A DNA stretch of 64,000 nt from Halobacteriovoraceae bacterium. Lineage in GTDB: Bacteria > Bdellovibrionota > Bacteriovoracia > Bacteriovoracales > Bacteriovoracaceae. The notes under the pieces were generated by a model. The model saw nothing but the letters and a program-made list of their open reading frames with translations, searched no databases and had not been told where the DNA came from. The stretch covers positions 384,001 through 448,000 of the forward strand of contig CAVRCF010000005.1 of assembly GCA_963719505.1 (NCBI GenBank), in the 5' to 3' direction. Shown in pieces: positions 8,944-18,116 of the stretch. Made by a program: the position numbers and the translations under genes. Each line of letters begins with the position of its first letter. The first letter of the stretch is position 1.

Positions 8944-9978
8944 TTAGAGAGAAATGGGGTCGTAAATTTCTAAAAGGGCGGCCCATGATCCACTAAAATT
9001 CGCCTTATCTCTCAAGAATAAGAAGTCTGGTTTTTGTTCACCAATCCACTGACCACCGACGACTTCACCATCTCTATCAATCTCTAGAAAATAGTCATAA
9101 TTATAATAAAGGTATTCTGCTAAATCAGTGCCAATAACGGGTTCAAATTTTGGCTGAATGGCAGCCTCATAGACGACTTCAGTTTGCACTCTTATCAATT
9201 TTACAGCTTTTCTATCCGAGTCGTCATTCGCGGGTTCTTCTCCAACAATATAGGAATTGAAACTTGTTGCCACGTGATTCCAAACTTCATGACCATGATC
9301 AATATCGGCAATAAATGGTTTTCTTTCTAGACCAATTTTATTGGCCAACACAAGATGAAAAGTCGCAGGATTTATTCCCTGACATTTTCTATGTCTGGGA
9401 TTTGAGCTACTGCAACGAATTCCAGTTTGAACGGCTCTCGATCTGGCAATATTGGCGTAGTAATAAGAAATTAAAGCTTTGAGATCAGAAGAGTAGAAAT
9501 CGAGCTCGATGCCATCTCTGTTTAAAAGCATCTTTCTTTTTGGTTCTCCGTGATTCATCTGAGCCGCAGCGACTCCATGACAAAGACCATGCCAGTAATT
9601 TTCATTCGGGGAGTATCTTGATCTGATATACTTTACTAAATTGTAGTTATAGTCCCCTTGATAGATTGAGAATTTTTCTGCGGGTGACATCGCATCAATA
9701 AGGTGCTGAGGTGTCTTTTTCAATTCTTCTAAAGATCGATAGGCATAGCTGAAAGCTTCGGGATCTGAAGCCGACCATCTTGATGAAATACTTCCAAGAC
9801 TACTGGCCCAGTGACTTCCTGGCCAACCAAGAGTCTTATCTTCAATCTCTCCAGAAAGCGGAAGTGAAACAAAAAGCTTTGAATATTGATTAAGAATCTT
9901 CGAGGGTGAATCTCCACGGGATATCCCTGCAGAAAACGCGCAATTTGAAGCCAAAATAAGGAAGAATAAGATTTTCAT
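8944..9978 (-). CDS. Secreted transglutaminase-elicitor-family protein
   Basis: WPGSHW, MSPAEKF, WHGLCHG (catalytic Cys), NPATFH, EVWNH, GGQW...PDFL motifs; start moved to ATG 9978 (AGAGG RBS, signal peptide). Confidence 0.75.
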   Translation of the reverse strand: MKILFFLILASNCAFSAGISRGDSPSKILNQYSKLFVSLPLSGEIEDKTLGWPGSHWASSLGSISSRWSASDPEAFSYAYRSLEELKKTPQHLIDAMSPAEKFSIYQGDYNYNLVKYIRSRYSPNENYWHGLCHGVAAAQMNHGEPKRKMLLNRDGIELDFYSSDLKALISYYYANIARSRAVQTGIRCSSSNPRHRKCQGINPATFHLVLANKIGLERKPFIADIDHGHEVWNHVATSFNSYIVGEEPANDDSDRKAVKLIRVQTEVVYEAAIQPKFEPVIGTDLAEYLYYNYDYFLEIDRDGEVVGGQWIGEQKPDFLFLRDKANFSGSWAALLEIYDPISL

Positions 9979-10066
9979 AGCCTCTTTAATCATAAGAGAG
10001 GGCAAATTTAAAGAACAGTTTTGAATCACTGTATAAATTACGCCTATTTTGGTGTATTCTTAATCT

Positions 10067-10600
10067 ATGAAAAAAATTGCCATCAACCTATTCATCGTTA
10101 TCAATCTCATGATGATGGCCCGTGCTCAATTTGATTCCAAGTCTCCCCTTGTTAATTTTATTTATACACCTGTGACTTTTGTTCAAAATTATTTAAGCAT
10201 GTGGCGAGGCTGGGAGATGTTTGCCCCTAATCCACTCAGAACAAATCAATATATCGATGCTAAAATTACTTTTAAAGATGGGGAAAGTCTTATTTGGAAT
10301 TTTCCCAGACCAAGTCAACACTCTCTTTTAGACAGATATATGTGGGGTGAAAGATATAGGAAATATACATCCGATGCTCTTCGGTTGGATTCTAAAAGAT
10401 TTTTATGGAAAGATGCCAGTATTTTTGTGATGAAGAAAGTAAAAGAAAAATACCCTCAAAAACGGCCAATCGAAGTTACGTTGAGAAGACGTTGGATGGA
10501 TATCCCAAACTGGAATAAGGAGTTTATTCCCCACAGAGAAATCCCAAAGAAGGAATATAACGCCTACGAGTACTATACGTTAAAGGTTAAAACGTTATGA
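10067..10600 (+). CDS. SdpA/DUF5819-like membrane-anchored protein
   Basis: N-terminal TM, WEMFAPNP motif, ERYRKY; coupled to the HTTM gene. Confidence 0.7.
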   Translation: MKKIAINLFIVINLMMMARAQFDSKSPLVNFIYTPVTFVQNYLSMWRGWEMFAPNPLRTNQYIDAKITFKDGESLIWNFPRPSQHSLLDRYMWGERYRKYTSDALRLDSKRFLWKDASIFVMKKVKEKYPQKRPIEVTLRRRWMDIPNWNKEFIPHREIPKKEYNAYEYYTLKVKTL

Positions 10601-11508
10601 GTATAAAAGATCTCAAGCACATATGGAATAAATTCTTCTTTGAAGAAAAACCAGCAGAGGGAATCGCTATTTTTAGGATTCTTTTGGGAATACTCACGCT
10701 CTTTACATTTTTTCAAGACGTCTTAAGACTTGAAGATTTTTGGGGACCGCAAGCCATCCAAAGCGTAGAGACGGGATTGAAGAATTATTACTTTCCCACT
10801 CTTAATATTTTTCAATACTTTAAAATGAGCTATACTCTTCTTTACTCCCTGATAGCCTTACAATTTATTTCGCTTCTCTTCTTTACCCTCGGATTAAAAA
10901 CGAGGTTTTTTTCTGTCTTAAGTTTCGTTTTACTGGTTTCGTTCCAACAGCGAAATATCAACATGCTAAGTTCTGCCGACCTACTCCTTAGAATTATGTT
11001 TCTCATTATGCTCTTTGCTCCTAGTGCAAATGTGTTAAGCATTGACTCCCTCTTGGCCAGAAAAAAGGGGAAGTCTCTACCAAAGGATGTCGCACCTTGG
11101 GCCCATCGGCTTATACAAATTCAAATCGCGGTGGTCTATATCTCAACGATACTAGCAAAGGCCAAAGGTGAAACTTGGCTCGATGGATCAGCAGTCTACT
11201 ACTCAACAAGGCTGGTTGATCTGACTAGGTTTCCAGTTCCCTTTCTTCTCGATTGGAAATGGTTCCTCATGATAAGCACTTGGCTCACTTTAATAATTGA
11301 ATTTTCACTTGGGACTTTGATTTTCATCAAAGAATTTAAGAAGCCTCTCATTGCGATTGGGATTCTTTTTCATCTAGGAATTGAGTACATGATGACAATT
11401 CCTACTTTTGAAATATTGATGATCATTGGACTTTTGGCGATGTTTGAATTTAAAGACTATAGAACTTTTATAAACTCTATAGAACACAAATATAAAAAAG
11501 AGTCTTAA
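10597..11508 (+). CDS. HTTM-domain protein (SdpB/vitamin K-dependent carboxylase-like)
   Basis: FRILLG, IQIQIAVVY...KAKGETWLDG, FHLGI motifs; multi-TM. Confidence 0.85.
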   Translation: MSIKDLKHIWNKFFFEEKPAEGIAIFRILLGILTLFTFFQDVLRLEDFWGPQAIQSVETGLKNYYFPTLNIFQYFKMSYTLLYSLIALQFISLLFFTLGLKTRFFSVLSFVLLVSFQQRNINMLSSADLLLRIMFLIMLFAPSANVLSIDSLLARKKGKSLPKDVAPWAHRLIQIQIAVVYISTILAKAKGETWLDGSAVYYSTRLVDLTRFPVPFLLDWKWFLMISTWLTLIIEFSLGTLIFIKEFKKPLIAIGILFHLGIEYMMTIPTFEILMIIGLLAMFEFKDYRTFINSIEHKYKKES

Positions 11509-12572
11509 TTTTTATCGCTCTTTGTGCTTATGAGGTTTGCGATGTCCTCTCCCGCTGTAAAAGCAAAGGTAAAAGCATTTTTGTATAAACCCCAGACCGC
11601 ATAAACGTTCTCATTTACTTGCCCCCAAAATGGTCTTCTCGCTCGTCCCTTATGGCGAATACCTGTCAAAAGATCTGCTTTTTCAAAAGATGGAAGGGTG
11701 AGGCTCTCCCCCATATAATTTTTAAACCTCTCATACATCTCAATCATAGCAGCGGTGTCATCAGAGAAATCAAGTCCCGTTGATCTTGAACTCGAACCAA
11801 TTAAGACATCTCCAGCGGTAGGTCTTACAAGAAGATGGATATCATCAATTCTAAAGCAGTAGTCTTTTTCCAGGTTGATTTGACTGGCATCAAAAAGTGA
11901 CAAGGCAAATGAGAGGTAGGTTCCAGCAACGGGCTTGGCCTTAGCAAGCAAGAGCTTCTTATCCTCAGTCATAGAGTCCATAAAACTCTTTGTCATATAA
12001 CTAGTGCAAAGAATGAGTTCGTCAAATTCTATTCTTTCACTTGATTTAAGCAAAACGGACTTCCCCTCTATTTTTTCAACGAAACCTTCTACTTGTTTAA
12101 AATTTAGCTTTTGATCAAACCATTTAAAAAAGAGTTCAGGAAAAACAAAGTAAGCCTCATTATCGACGCTAAAAAACTTTTGATCTAACTCACGAGAGAA
12201 ATAATCAAAAAGAGACTTCTGTGTATAAACTGAGTATCTACGCTTCCACTTGTCTAGCTTGCTGGTATTAATGGGAGTCGTATGTGTCTCAATGGACTTT
12301 GTAACACCTTCAGGTTGGTGCCGTTGAAAAAATTTCTCGAAGTCTTTGTAACTTTTTAGTATGAGATCTCCCAGATCACTCACCCCTTTTTCAGTGCCTC
12401 TTAAACAATTTGTTGATGTTGTTCTCGTCGAGCAGCGAGGGGCCTTGATGTCATCTGCAATTAAAGTAATATTATTGAATCCCTGGTTATTCAAAGAATA
12501 AACAACGCACTTAGCCGCAATTCCATTACCTACGACAATAATATTTTTTGTATTTTTCACCTTATTCACCAC
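11505..12572 (-). CDS. FAD-dependent oxidoreductase (DAO/glycine oxidase-like)
   Basis: IIVVGNGIAA Rossmann motif, TGIR...RRPFWG, GLYKNAF. Confidence 0.8.
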   Translation of the reverse strand: MVNKVKNTKNIIVVGNGIAAKCVVYSLNNQGFNNITLIADDIKAPRCSTRTTSTNCLRGTEKGVSDLGDLILKSYKDFEKFFQRHQPEGVTKSIETHTTPINTSKLDKWKRRYSVYTQKSLFDYFSRELDQKFFSVDNEAYFVFPELFFKWFDQKLNFKQVEGFVEKIEGKSVLLKSSERIEFDELILCTSYMTKSFMDSMTEDKKLLLAKAKPVAGTYLSFALSLFDASQINLEKDYCFRIDDIHLLVRPTAGDVLIGSSSRSTGLDFSDDTAAMIEMYERFKNYMGESLTLPSFEKADLLTGIRHKGRARRPFWGQVNENVYAVWGLYKNAFTFAFTAGEDIANLISTKSDKN

Positions 12573-12677
12573 TCAAACGACGTCTTGGGTATTTATTTTC
12601 ATTTTAAAATAGCACAATCCTTGTCAATTAACAGAGGTTTCTCTATCGTTTTGTTCTAGATTTTTTAAGGAGAAAAA

Positions 12678-14978
12678 ATGCAGTTAGACAACAACGCCAT
12701 CGCTTATGCGGTTGGTAAAACATCCATCCCCCTCAATAAAGTAATTTCAACCTGCAATCTATTATTTGTAGAAACGTGTACGATTCCCTTTATTTCAAGG
12801 TATCGAAAAGAGGCAACTGGAAATTTGGATGAAGTTCAAATCAGAGACATTCAGCTCTTCTACGAAGAGTATATAGAACTAGAAAAAAGAAGAGATTTTA
12901 TTCTTGAAGCCATTAAAAAGCAGGAAAAACTTACTCCGGATTTAGAAAAAAAGATAAAGGCTGCCGATACTCTAAACCTTTTAGAAGACATCTATGCACC
13001 TTATAAAACCAAAAGAAAAACCAAAGGTGTCATTGCCAAAGAAAAGGGCTTAGAGCCTCTGGCGAACTGGCTACTGGAATCAAAGAAATCCTTTGAATCA
13101 GAAATGGAACAACTTGAGAAGACCTACGTTAAAGGCTCTGAAGGTAAAGTTGAAGATATGAAAGAGGCCATTAATGGCGCTTGTGATATTTTGATTGAAA
13201 ATTTTTACCAAAATGTTGAATCCAAAGAAGCCATTAGAAATATCTACTGGAAAACAGGTGTTATCAAAACGGAAAAAAGAAAAGAGGCGGATAGTATTGA
13301 AGACTCTCATAAATTCAAAGACTTTTTTGAATTTGATGAAAAGATCGATCAAATTAAAGATCCTAAAAATACCCATCGCTATCTCGCTATGAGAAGAGGG
13401 ATGACGTTAAAAGTTTTAAAAGTTTCCACAAGTATTGAAGAGCAATTGGCCTACGATATAGTCGAGGCCAATGAATTTCCAAATGGAGAGAACCTTGGGA
13501 ATTATGAACTCCTCCAAAGCTTAGCTAAAAAAGCTTATGACAATAGTATTTCGACCAGTATGGATCTAGAAGTTAAAACAGACTTAAAGAAGATTGCTGA
13601 TGAAGCGGCGATCAACGTTTTTGGTGTAAACTTAAAAAATCTTCTGCTTCAACCTTATTTAGGTTCGAAGGCAGTTCTTGGCATTGACCCAGGAATTAGA
13701 ACAGGTTGTAAAATTGTTGTTATCGACCATACAGGAAAGTTTGTTGGAGATCATGTTATCTACCCATTTGCCCCTAAATTTGATGAAGCTGGTAGTAAAG
13801 TAATCCTTGAAAAATTAATAGAGGCTTTTAATATTGAATACGTTGCCATTGGAAATGGGACTAACGGAAGAGAGACGTTAGAGTTTGTCGAAACCAAAGT
13901 CAAACAAGTGAAAGACGGAGACGTTAAAGCGACTATGGTGAACGAGTCGGGAGCATCAATATATTCAGCTTCCGATATTGCAAGAAAAGAGTTTCCAGAT
14001 AAGGATGTCACAGTCAGAGGATCAATCTCAATCGCAAGAAGGTTTCAAGATCCATTAGCTGAACTCGTTAAAATTGATCCCAAAAGTATCGGTGTTGGTC
14101 AGTACCAACACGATGTCAATCAAATAAGACTTAAGAAGTCTCTCGAGGGTGTGGTTGAGAACTGTGTAAACTTTGTTGGAGTTGACCTCAATACAGCTTC
14201 AGCACCTCTGCTTTCTTATATTTCAGGAATTGGTCCAACGGTTGCAGGAAATGTTGTTAAGCATAGAGAAAAGGTTGGACGCTTTAAAAGTAGAGAAGAG
14301 CTTCTTGAAGTCGCTCGCTTCTCCCCTAAAGTTTACGAGCAATCAGCTGGATTCTTAAGAATCTATGGCGGCGCAAACCCACTGGATGGAACATTTATTC
14401 ACCCTGAGAGGTATGCCATTTTAGAAAAATGGTGTAAAGACCATGGCCATTTACTAGCGGAGCTTACGACTGACAAAGAGCTTATAGCTAAGCTTGGTTC
14501 GGATAATAATTTAAAAAAAGAAATTGGAGAATTAACTTTCAACGATATTGTCTCTTCGTTAAGAGCACCAAAACAAGATCCAAGATCTGAATTTAAATCT
14601 GTCGAATTTAGAAAAGATATCCGATCGATGAAAGATCTCACTCCAGGAGAGTGGTACACAGGAGTGGTAAATAATATTACAAACTTTGGAGCCTTTGTAG
14701 ATATCGGTGTCAAAGAAAGTGGACTTCTACACATCTCTCAAATCTCTGATGAGTTTGTTGAAAATGCACTGGATAAACTCAAAGTCGGTGAACAACTAAA
14801 AGTAAAAGTGACTGAGATCGACATGGCCCGAAAAAGAATCTCTCTTAGTTGTAAAAGCGATGCTTCAGTTGAGTATAGTAAAGGATCTAACTCCGGTGCA
14901 AGAACTCCAAAGCCTAAAAAAGAAGAGAAAATAAAAAATAATGCCTTTTCTGGTTTGGCGGGTCTGAGACTGAAATAA
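12678..14978 (+). CDS. tex: Transcription accessory protein Tex (YqgF, HhH and S1 domains)
   Basis: TIPFISRYRKEATG, LGIDPGIRTGCK, ESGASIYSAS, C-terminal S1 domain. Confidence 0.95.
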   Translation: MQLDNNAIAYAVGKTSIPLNKVISTCNLLFVETCTIPFISRYRKEATGNLDEVQIRDIQLFYEEYIELEKRRDFILEAIKKQEKLTPDLEKKIKAADTLNLLEDIYAPYKTKRKTKGVIAKEKGLEPLANWLLESKKSFESEMEQLEKTYVKGSEGKVEDMKEAINGACDILIENFYQNVESKEAIRNIYWKTGVIKTEKRKEADSIEDSHKFKDFFEFDEKIDQIKDPKNTHRYLAMRRGMTLKVLKVSTSIEEQLAYDIVEANEFPNGENLGNYELLQSLAKKAYDNSISTSMDLEVKTDLKKIADEAAINVFGVNLKNLLLQPYLGSKAVLGIDPGIRTGCKIVVIDHTGKFVGDHVIYPFAPKFDEAGSKVILEKLIEAFNIEYVAIGNGTNGRETLEFVETKVKQVKDGDVKATMVNESGASIYSASDIARKEFPDKDVTVRGSISIARRFQDPLAELVKIDPKSIGVGQYQHDVNQIRLKKSLEGVVENCVNFVGVDLNTASAPLLSYISGIGPTVAGNVVKHREKVGRFKSREELLEVARFSPKVYEQSAGFLRIYGGANPLDGTFIHPERYAILEKWCKDHGHLLAELTTDKELIAKLGSDNNLKKEIGELTFNDIVSSLRAPKQDPRSEFKSVEFRKDIRSMKDLTPGEWYTGVVNNITNFGAFVDIGVKESGLLHISQISDEFVENALDKLKVGEQLKVKVTEIDMARKRISLSCKSDASVEYSKGSNSGARTPKPKKEEKIKNNAFSGLAGLRLK

Positions 14979-14988
14979 TTTTTCCCAT

Positions 14989-15011
14989 AAGCCACCATAT
15001 TGGTGGCTTTT
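14989..15011 (+). terminator. Terminator of tex
   Basis: AAGCCACC-ATATT-GGTGGCTT followed by TT. Confidence 0.75.
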
Positions 15012-15033
15012 CTGGTTTATGCTATAATAAGTC

Positions 15034-16029
15034 ATGACTAAAAAGAATGAAATCTCTTTAAACTATGATGCCAAGTTAGCTGAAAAGTTTAAAGAGGCAT
15101 CAAAAAGAAAAGTTACCATATCAGATTTTATGACTGATTTTATCGGTCAATTTATATCGGAACAAACCCAAAAAGCCTACCTTACCGATTTAAAATATTT
15201 TTTCGATTTTATGAAATCTGGAAACGTGTCAATCACCCATCCAAAACAAATTGAAGGTCACCATTTCCAATTTTACAGAGATAAGCTGATTGAAGATGAT
15301 TATAGTTCTGCCACTATTAATAGAAAACTTGTGGCCATAAGATCGTTTATCAAATGGGCCATGGCCTCAAAACTAATTGAATATAATCCTCTAGATGTCG
15401 TCAAACTACCTAAAGTCCAAACCCAGGCACCAACTTTAGCCTTTGAAGACTATGAAGTCGTTCAAATGATTAACTCTCCGGATAAACTCACAAAGAAAGG
15501 GGCCATGAATAGATTGGCCATGATCCTTCTCTTTTCTCTAGGTCTTAGACGAAGTGAGCTTACCCAAATCAAAATAAAAGATCTCTATCAAGATAGAGGA
15601 CATAATGTTTTGAAAATTCGAGGAAAAGGTGACAAAGATCGACATCTTCCTATTGCTGGACCAATAGCCATAGAGATACAGACATATATTGACTTGCTCA
15701 GCTCTCAGGGAATTTTGCTTGAGCCAGAAGACTATCTTCTCCAAAGCAGTAAAATTGGCAAAAATAACAAACCAATGGATGGGTCTACCGTTTATAGGAT
15801 GATAGCAAAATATGCTAAAGAGTGTGGAATATCGAAGAATGTCAGTCCACATTCATGTCGAGCAACAGCGATCTCTCACTTACTCGACACTCAAAAAACA
15901 CCTATCAGAGATGTTGCTATCTTCGCGGGTCATAGCAAAATAACAACGACAGAGAGATATGATAAAAGACGTGAAAGTTTAGATAACTCAGCGGCTTATG
16001 ACGTGGACTATACAAAAAAGAAAGCTTAA
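15034..16029 (+). CDS. Tyrosine recombinase, XerC/XerD family
   Basis: Complete catalytic set: GLRRSEL, GKGDK, HSCR, GHS, TERYD; N-terminal SAM-like domain (ATINRKLVAIRSF). Confidence 0.9.
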   Translation: MTKKNEISLNYDAKLAEKFKEASKRKVTISDFMTDFIGQFISEQTQKAYLTDLKYFFDFMKSGNVSITHPKQIEGHHFQFYRDKLIEDDYSSATINRKLVAIRSFIKWAMASKLIEYNPLDVVKLPKVQTQAPTLAFEDYEVVQMINSPDKLTKKGAMNRLAMILLFSLGLRRSELTQIKIKDLYQDRGHNVLKIRGKGDKDRHLPIAGPIAIEIQTYIDLLSSQGILLEPEDYLLQSSKIGKNNKPMDGSTVYRMIAKYAKECGISKNVSPHSCRATAISHLLDTQKTPIRDVAIFAGHSKITTTERYDKRRESLDNSAAYDVDYTKKKA

Positions 16030-16889
16030 GCGGCTTGAACTTTTGACTTTATCGTTTCGACAAAACTTCCAAGTTCCTTTCCATGATCACTACCAACCAT
16101 GTCTTTATAACGGCAGAAGAGAAAGAATTTACCCGTTTCATTGGAGTCATATTTTAAAGACTTTAAAAGATGAGTAGAGTTAACCCTAAAACTCTCCGTT
16201 AAATTTTTGCTATAAAAAAGATCACTTTTTTCTGGATCAAAGTCAGAAGTCTCATCAAAATAGTTTTTTAGATTTTTTAATGTCATTTGAATTTTAAAAA
16301 ACTGCTCATCATCAATAACTTCGAGAAGTTTAAAATCATCTGAAGAAAAGAGGACACCGTGATCTGTTAACTGCTCAACAGCAATATCTAAGCTATGTTC
16401 TTGAAACTCTCCAAAGCTCAGCTTTGCGCTTCCTTTTGTAAAGACCCTAAAAGCCCTTTGAGCGAGATTATTTTGTAATAAATTTTTATAGATAAACGAT
16501 TCAATAGTCTTTGAGTGGATACAATCGACAATTGTTAATTCTTTAAAAGGACCAGTTGGTGAGACGAAAGATATCTCTTGGCAGTTAAAAAGCTGGTCTT
16601 CAAACTGACCATTTCTAAAGTGCAGACAAAGAGTGTGGTAGAGATCAAAAGCTGACAATTTTAAAATCGAATCCTCTAATTTAAGCCATAATGGAACACT
16701 TTTTAAATTATCTAATTGTTGACTAAGTTGATCAAATTGCGATTTCATTTGACCATTTTTAACACCTTCCCGAACTTTATTAGTCAAGTACGGGTCATTT
16801 GACCAGTGTATCCATATTGGAAATTTGCTATTGGGTGTTAATGTCTTTGAGAAAGTAAAATTTTCGAAAAATTGTGCAAGATTAGTCAT
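16026..16889 (-). CDS. Hypothetical protein, possibly degenerate PilZ-like C-terminus
   Basis: 287-aa ORF with AAGGA RBS; QRAFRV and QLTDHG loosely resemble the RxxxR and DxSxxG motifs. Confidence 0.55.
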   Translation of the reverse strand: MTNLAQFFENFTFSKTLTPNSKFPIWIHWSNDPYLTNKVREGVKNGQMKSQFDQLSQQLDNLKSVPLWLKLEDSILKLSAFDLYHTLCLHFRNGQFEDQLFNCQEISFVSPTGPFKELTIVDCIHSKTIESFIYKNLLQNNLAQRAFRVFTKGSAKLSFGEFQEHSLDIAVEQLTDHGVLFSSDDFKLLEVIDDEQFFKIQMTLKNLKNYFDETSDFDPEKSDLFYSKNLTESFRVNSTHLLKSLKYDSNETGKFFLFCRYKDMVGSDHGKELGSFVETIKSKVQAA

Positions 16890-16964
16890 TCTTTTCCTTT
16901 TAAAAAGAGATGCTATCTTAACGGAATATTGTGCCGAAGCTTAAGAGAAAAAGTGAAGAAACTT

Positions 16965-18116
16965 TTAAGAAGCTTGCCTGAGTAATTTGATAAAACTTCC
17001 AGTGTCTTTTTTAAAACTAGAAAAAGAGAAATAAGAAAATAAAACTGAAATAGAATAAGGAATAATAAAGGCCAAAAAAACCTTTAAACCGCTGATTTTG
17101 ACCGGTATACGCCTTTCTACGAAGAAGTCTGGCATTAGATTTAAATCATTACTATTGAGAAGCTTTAAGACGAGAAGTCCACAAGCCACGCCCAAAGAAC
17201 AAAAAATAATACTCACAAGGTGGGTAAACAGATAAGACATTTTATAAATCTCTTTTTGAGACTTGCCCATAACCCAATAACAAATTAGGTCAGTTTTAAT
17301 TTTATCGAAGAAAATCATAAATCCGCTGGTTATACAGATGGCGACCAAAAGGGACATTCCAATAAATAAAAAAAGCATAACATTTGTTTCTAAATTGAGG
17401 GCCCATACAAGAGACTTATTTTGTTGTTCCCAAGTCGTTACCCTCTTGTCATCACTAAGGATTTCTTGCGCCAAGGAGAGATCTTCAGCTGTGTAGAAAA
17501 CAAGTTTATTCACTAGTCTTTTGCGAATTAAGTTTTGAACTAAACTCAGTCTCGTCCAAGCGTGAAGCGCATCAATCTCTGCCAAATCGCTAACGTAAAA
17601 ATCAGTAATGATATCACTTACAGATCTTGGAATTGGATTTATAAGATAGTCGATATGAGCGGGTGAGATGAAAGTTAACTTAGAATCAAAGTACGAGTTC
17701 AAACTTGTCGCAAGGTCACTACCAATAACAACGCCACTCAAATCCTTTTTATACAAAAAGCGAGGCGTGAAGTGTTCAAAATCAACTCCGTGTAAAATAA
17801 CGGGATTGACACGGCTACCGTGGTTCACCATCAGCTCTATCTCGTACTCTCTGGAAAAAGAGACTCCCCGATCAATTAGCTTCTTTTCTAATTCTAAGTT
17901 TTTTGAAGCAGACTTCTCGAGTGCTAGATCAACATAACCGGTGCCAATCGTTTTCTTAGAGCGCTCAATCAAGCCGTTTTGCAGTCCCCCCATAACCCCT
18001 TGTAAAATAACCAAGGAGAATGTTGAAATAAACAAACCAACAACCGCAATGAAAAGAAGCTTCTGGCGAGTTTTAGCTGAAAAGATATAGCGAAAAAAAT
18101 AGAAATAAAAATGCAC
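16965..18116 (-). CDS. LolC/E (MacB/FtsX-like) ABC transporter permease
   Basis: 1+3 TM topology, LVILQGVMGG, TWEQQNKSLVWALNLE motifs. Confidence 0.85.
   Translation of the reverse strand: MHFYFYFFRYIFSAKTRQKLLFIAVVGLFISTFSLVILQGVMGGLQNGLIERSKKTIGTGYVDLALEKSASKNLELEKKLIDRGVSFSREYEIELMVNHGSRVNPVILHGVDFEHFTPRFLYKKDLSGVVIGSDLATSLNSYFDSKLTFISPAHIDYLINPIPRSVSDIITDFYVSDLAEIDALHAWTRLSLVQNLIRKRLVNKLVFYTAEDLSLAQEILSDDKRVTTWEQQNKSLVWALNLETNVMLFLFIGMSLLVAICITSGFMIFFDKIKTDLICYWVMGKSQKEIYKMSYLFTHLVSIIFCSLGVACGLLVLKLLNSNDLNLMPDFFVERRIPVKISGLKVFLAFIIPYSISVLFSYFSFSSFKKDTGSFIKLLRQAS

Noticed and set aside
15034..16029. Possible integron integrase or prophage integrase
   Set aside because: No IntI-specific insertion evident, no attC-like repeats or phage genes, and flanks are housekeeping
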